From contig NC_068984.1 in NCBI RefSeq assembly GCF_001194135.2, positions 52,519,902-52,583,901 of the forward strand: 64,000 nucleotides of DNA, given 5' to 3'. Made by a program: the position numbers and the translations under genes. Source of the DNA: Octopus bimaculoides. Lineage: Eukaryota. The notes below the pieces were generated by a model, which made no database searches, was not told the DNA's origin, and saw nothing but the letters and a program-made list of their open reading frames with translations. Shown piece by piece: positions 62,660-64,000 of this stretch (the stretch's first letter is position 1; each line of letters starts with the position of its first letter).

Positions 62660-63470
62660 CAGGTGTGGCTGTGAGGTAAGAAGCTTGCTTCCCAACCATA
62701 CGGTTCCGGGTTCAGTTCCATTGCATCTCTGACCAACCAAAACCTTGTGAGTGGATTTCGCAGATAGAAACTGAAAGACGCCTGTTGTATATGTGTGTGT
62801 GTGTGTGTATATATATATCTATATATATTCTCTAATGGACACACACACATATATATATATTCTTTTATTCTTTTGATTTATTTCAGTCATTTGACTTGAA
62901 GGGTTTTGTCAAACAAATCGACCCCATGACTTATTTCTTAAGCCCAGTACTTATTCTCTTGGTCTGTTTTGCTGAACCGCTAAGTTATAGGCACATAAAC
63001 TCACCAGCACTGGTTGTCAAGTGGTGATGAGGGACAAACAAACACACACACATTGATAATACATATATCTATATACAACGAGCTTTTTTCAGTGTCCATC
63101 TACCAAACCCACTCACAAGGCTTTGATCAGCCCAAGGCTATAGTAGAAGACATTTACCCAAGGTGCTATGCAGTGGGACTGAACATAAAACCATGTGGTT
63201 GAGAAGCAAACTTTTTCTAAATCGCCACGTGTGTATGTGTATATTTGTGTGTGTGTGTGTCTCTGTTTGACCTCCACTACCGCTTGACAATCAGTGTTGG
63301 TGTTTATGCCCCTGTAACTTAGTGGTTCAGCAACAGGCTTCAAAAAATAAAAAAAAAGAAGACTGGGGTCGATTCATTTGACTAGAAGTTCTTCAAGATG
63401 CTGCCCCAGCATGGCTGCAGTCTAATGGCTGAAACAAAAAAAAAGATACAAAGATAAAAAAAGATAAAAT
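62660..63470. mobile_element. Cluster of CORE-like tRNA SINEs (+ head, - full copy, + tail)
   Basis: Family modules at 62660-62790 (+), 62860-63225 (-) and 63235-63470 (+). Confidence 0.8.
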
Positions 63471-64000
63471 CTTATGCATTCTTTCCCCGAGCACTTGTCA
63501 TACTTCTCGCCCTATTTAAAAATGTTAAATTTGGAACCAGAGGAAATTAGTGACCACTCCACCCTCACGTTTCTCCTCTTACAATGTGGTACCACTACCT
63601 CGTTCACTGGTTTTCTTCCTTCCTCAGTCCTTCTTTCCCTCTACTTTTCTCATTTCCTCAGCCACAATTTTAGGCAGTGACTCCTCCACATAAATTTTCT
63701 CTAGCGTTTGAGAAAGAAGAAGAAGAAGGTGGAGGAGGAGGGCAACCAAAAAGGTACTGATGGTAATGAAGGTGGTGGTGAACGAGGGGGGGTGAAGAAG
63801 TGAGGGTGGTAGTGGTAATACAGTATGGAACCCTCAAGCTCTACATCCTAGACTGTTATACAACGCCCACACTATTCTCTCATTAGTTTTTTTTCCTTTT
63901 CACAATCCTTCCTTTTACCTCTTTCATTTTTTTTGTGTAGCCTCAATTTAATGACCTAAGTTATAAGGCATCTATATACTCTCTCTTTCTCTCTCTCTCT

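Overview
AT-rich, microsatellite-rich eukaryotic DNA with several N gaps. The SINE/LINE content points to an octopus-like cephalopod (inference from repeat families). No complete host gene can be supported, only weak exon candidates (minus strand 18324-18408 and 61869-62530; plus strand 36865-36918). The window is mostly transposon relics: RTE-type LINE fragments whose RT carries an embedded PHD finger, many tRNA-derived SINEs and RTE-tail elements, and pogo, Merlin, Tc1 and hAT transposase remnants. There is also a Gypsy integrase fragment, a solo LTR, Helitron pieces, MITEs and Penelope-like fragments with three hammerhead-ribozyme-like cores. The most notable observation is a pair of divergent non-LTR elements that encode only an ORF1/gag-like CCHC protein, lack ORF2, and end in the same 3' tail as a local SINE family. 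One of them sits in a TSD-bounded triple nest (SINE > ORF1-only element > solo LTR). CpG density rises abruptly near 45 kb. All family assignments come from motif recognition by eye; no database search was run.
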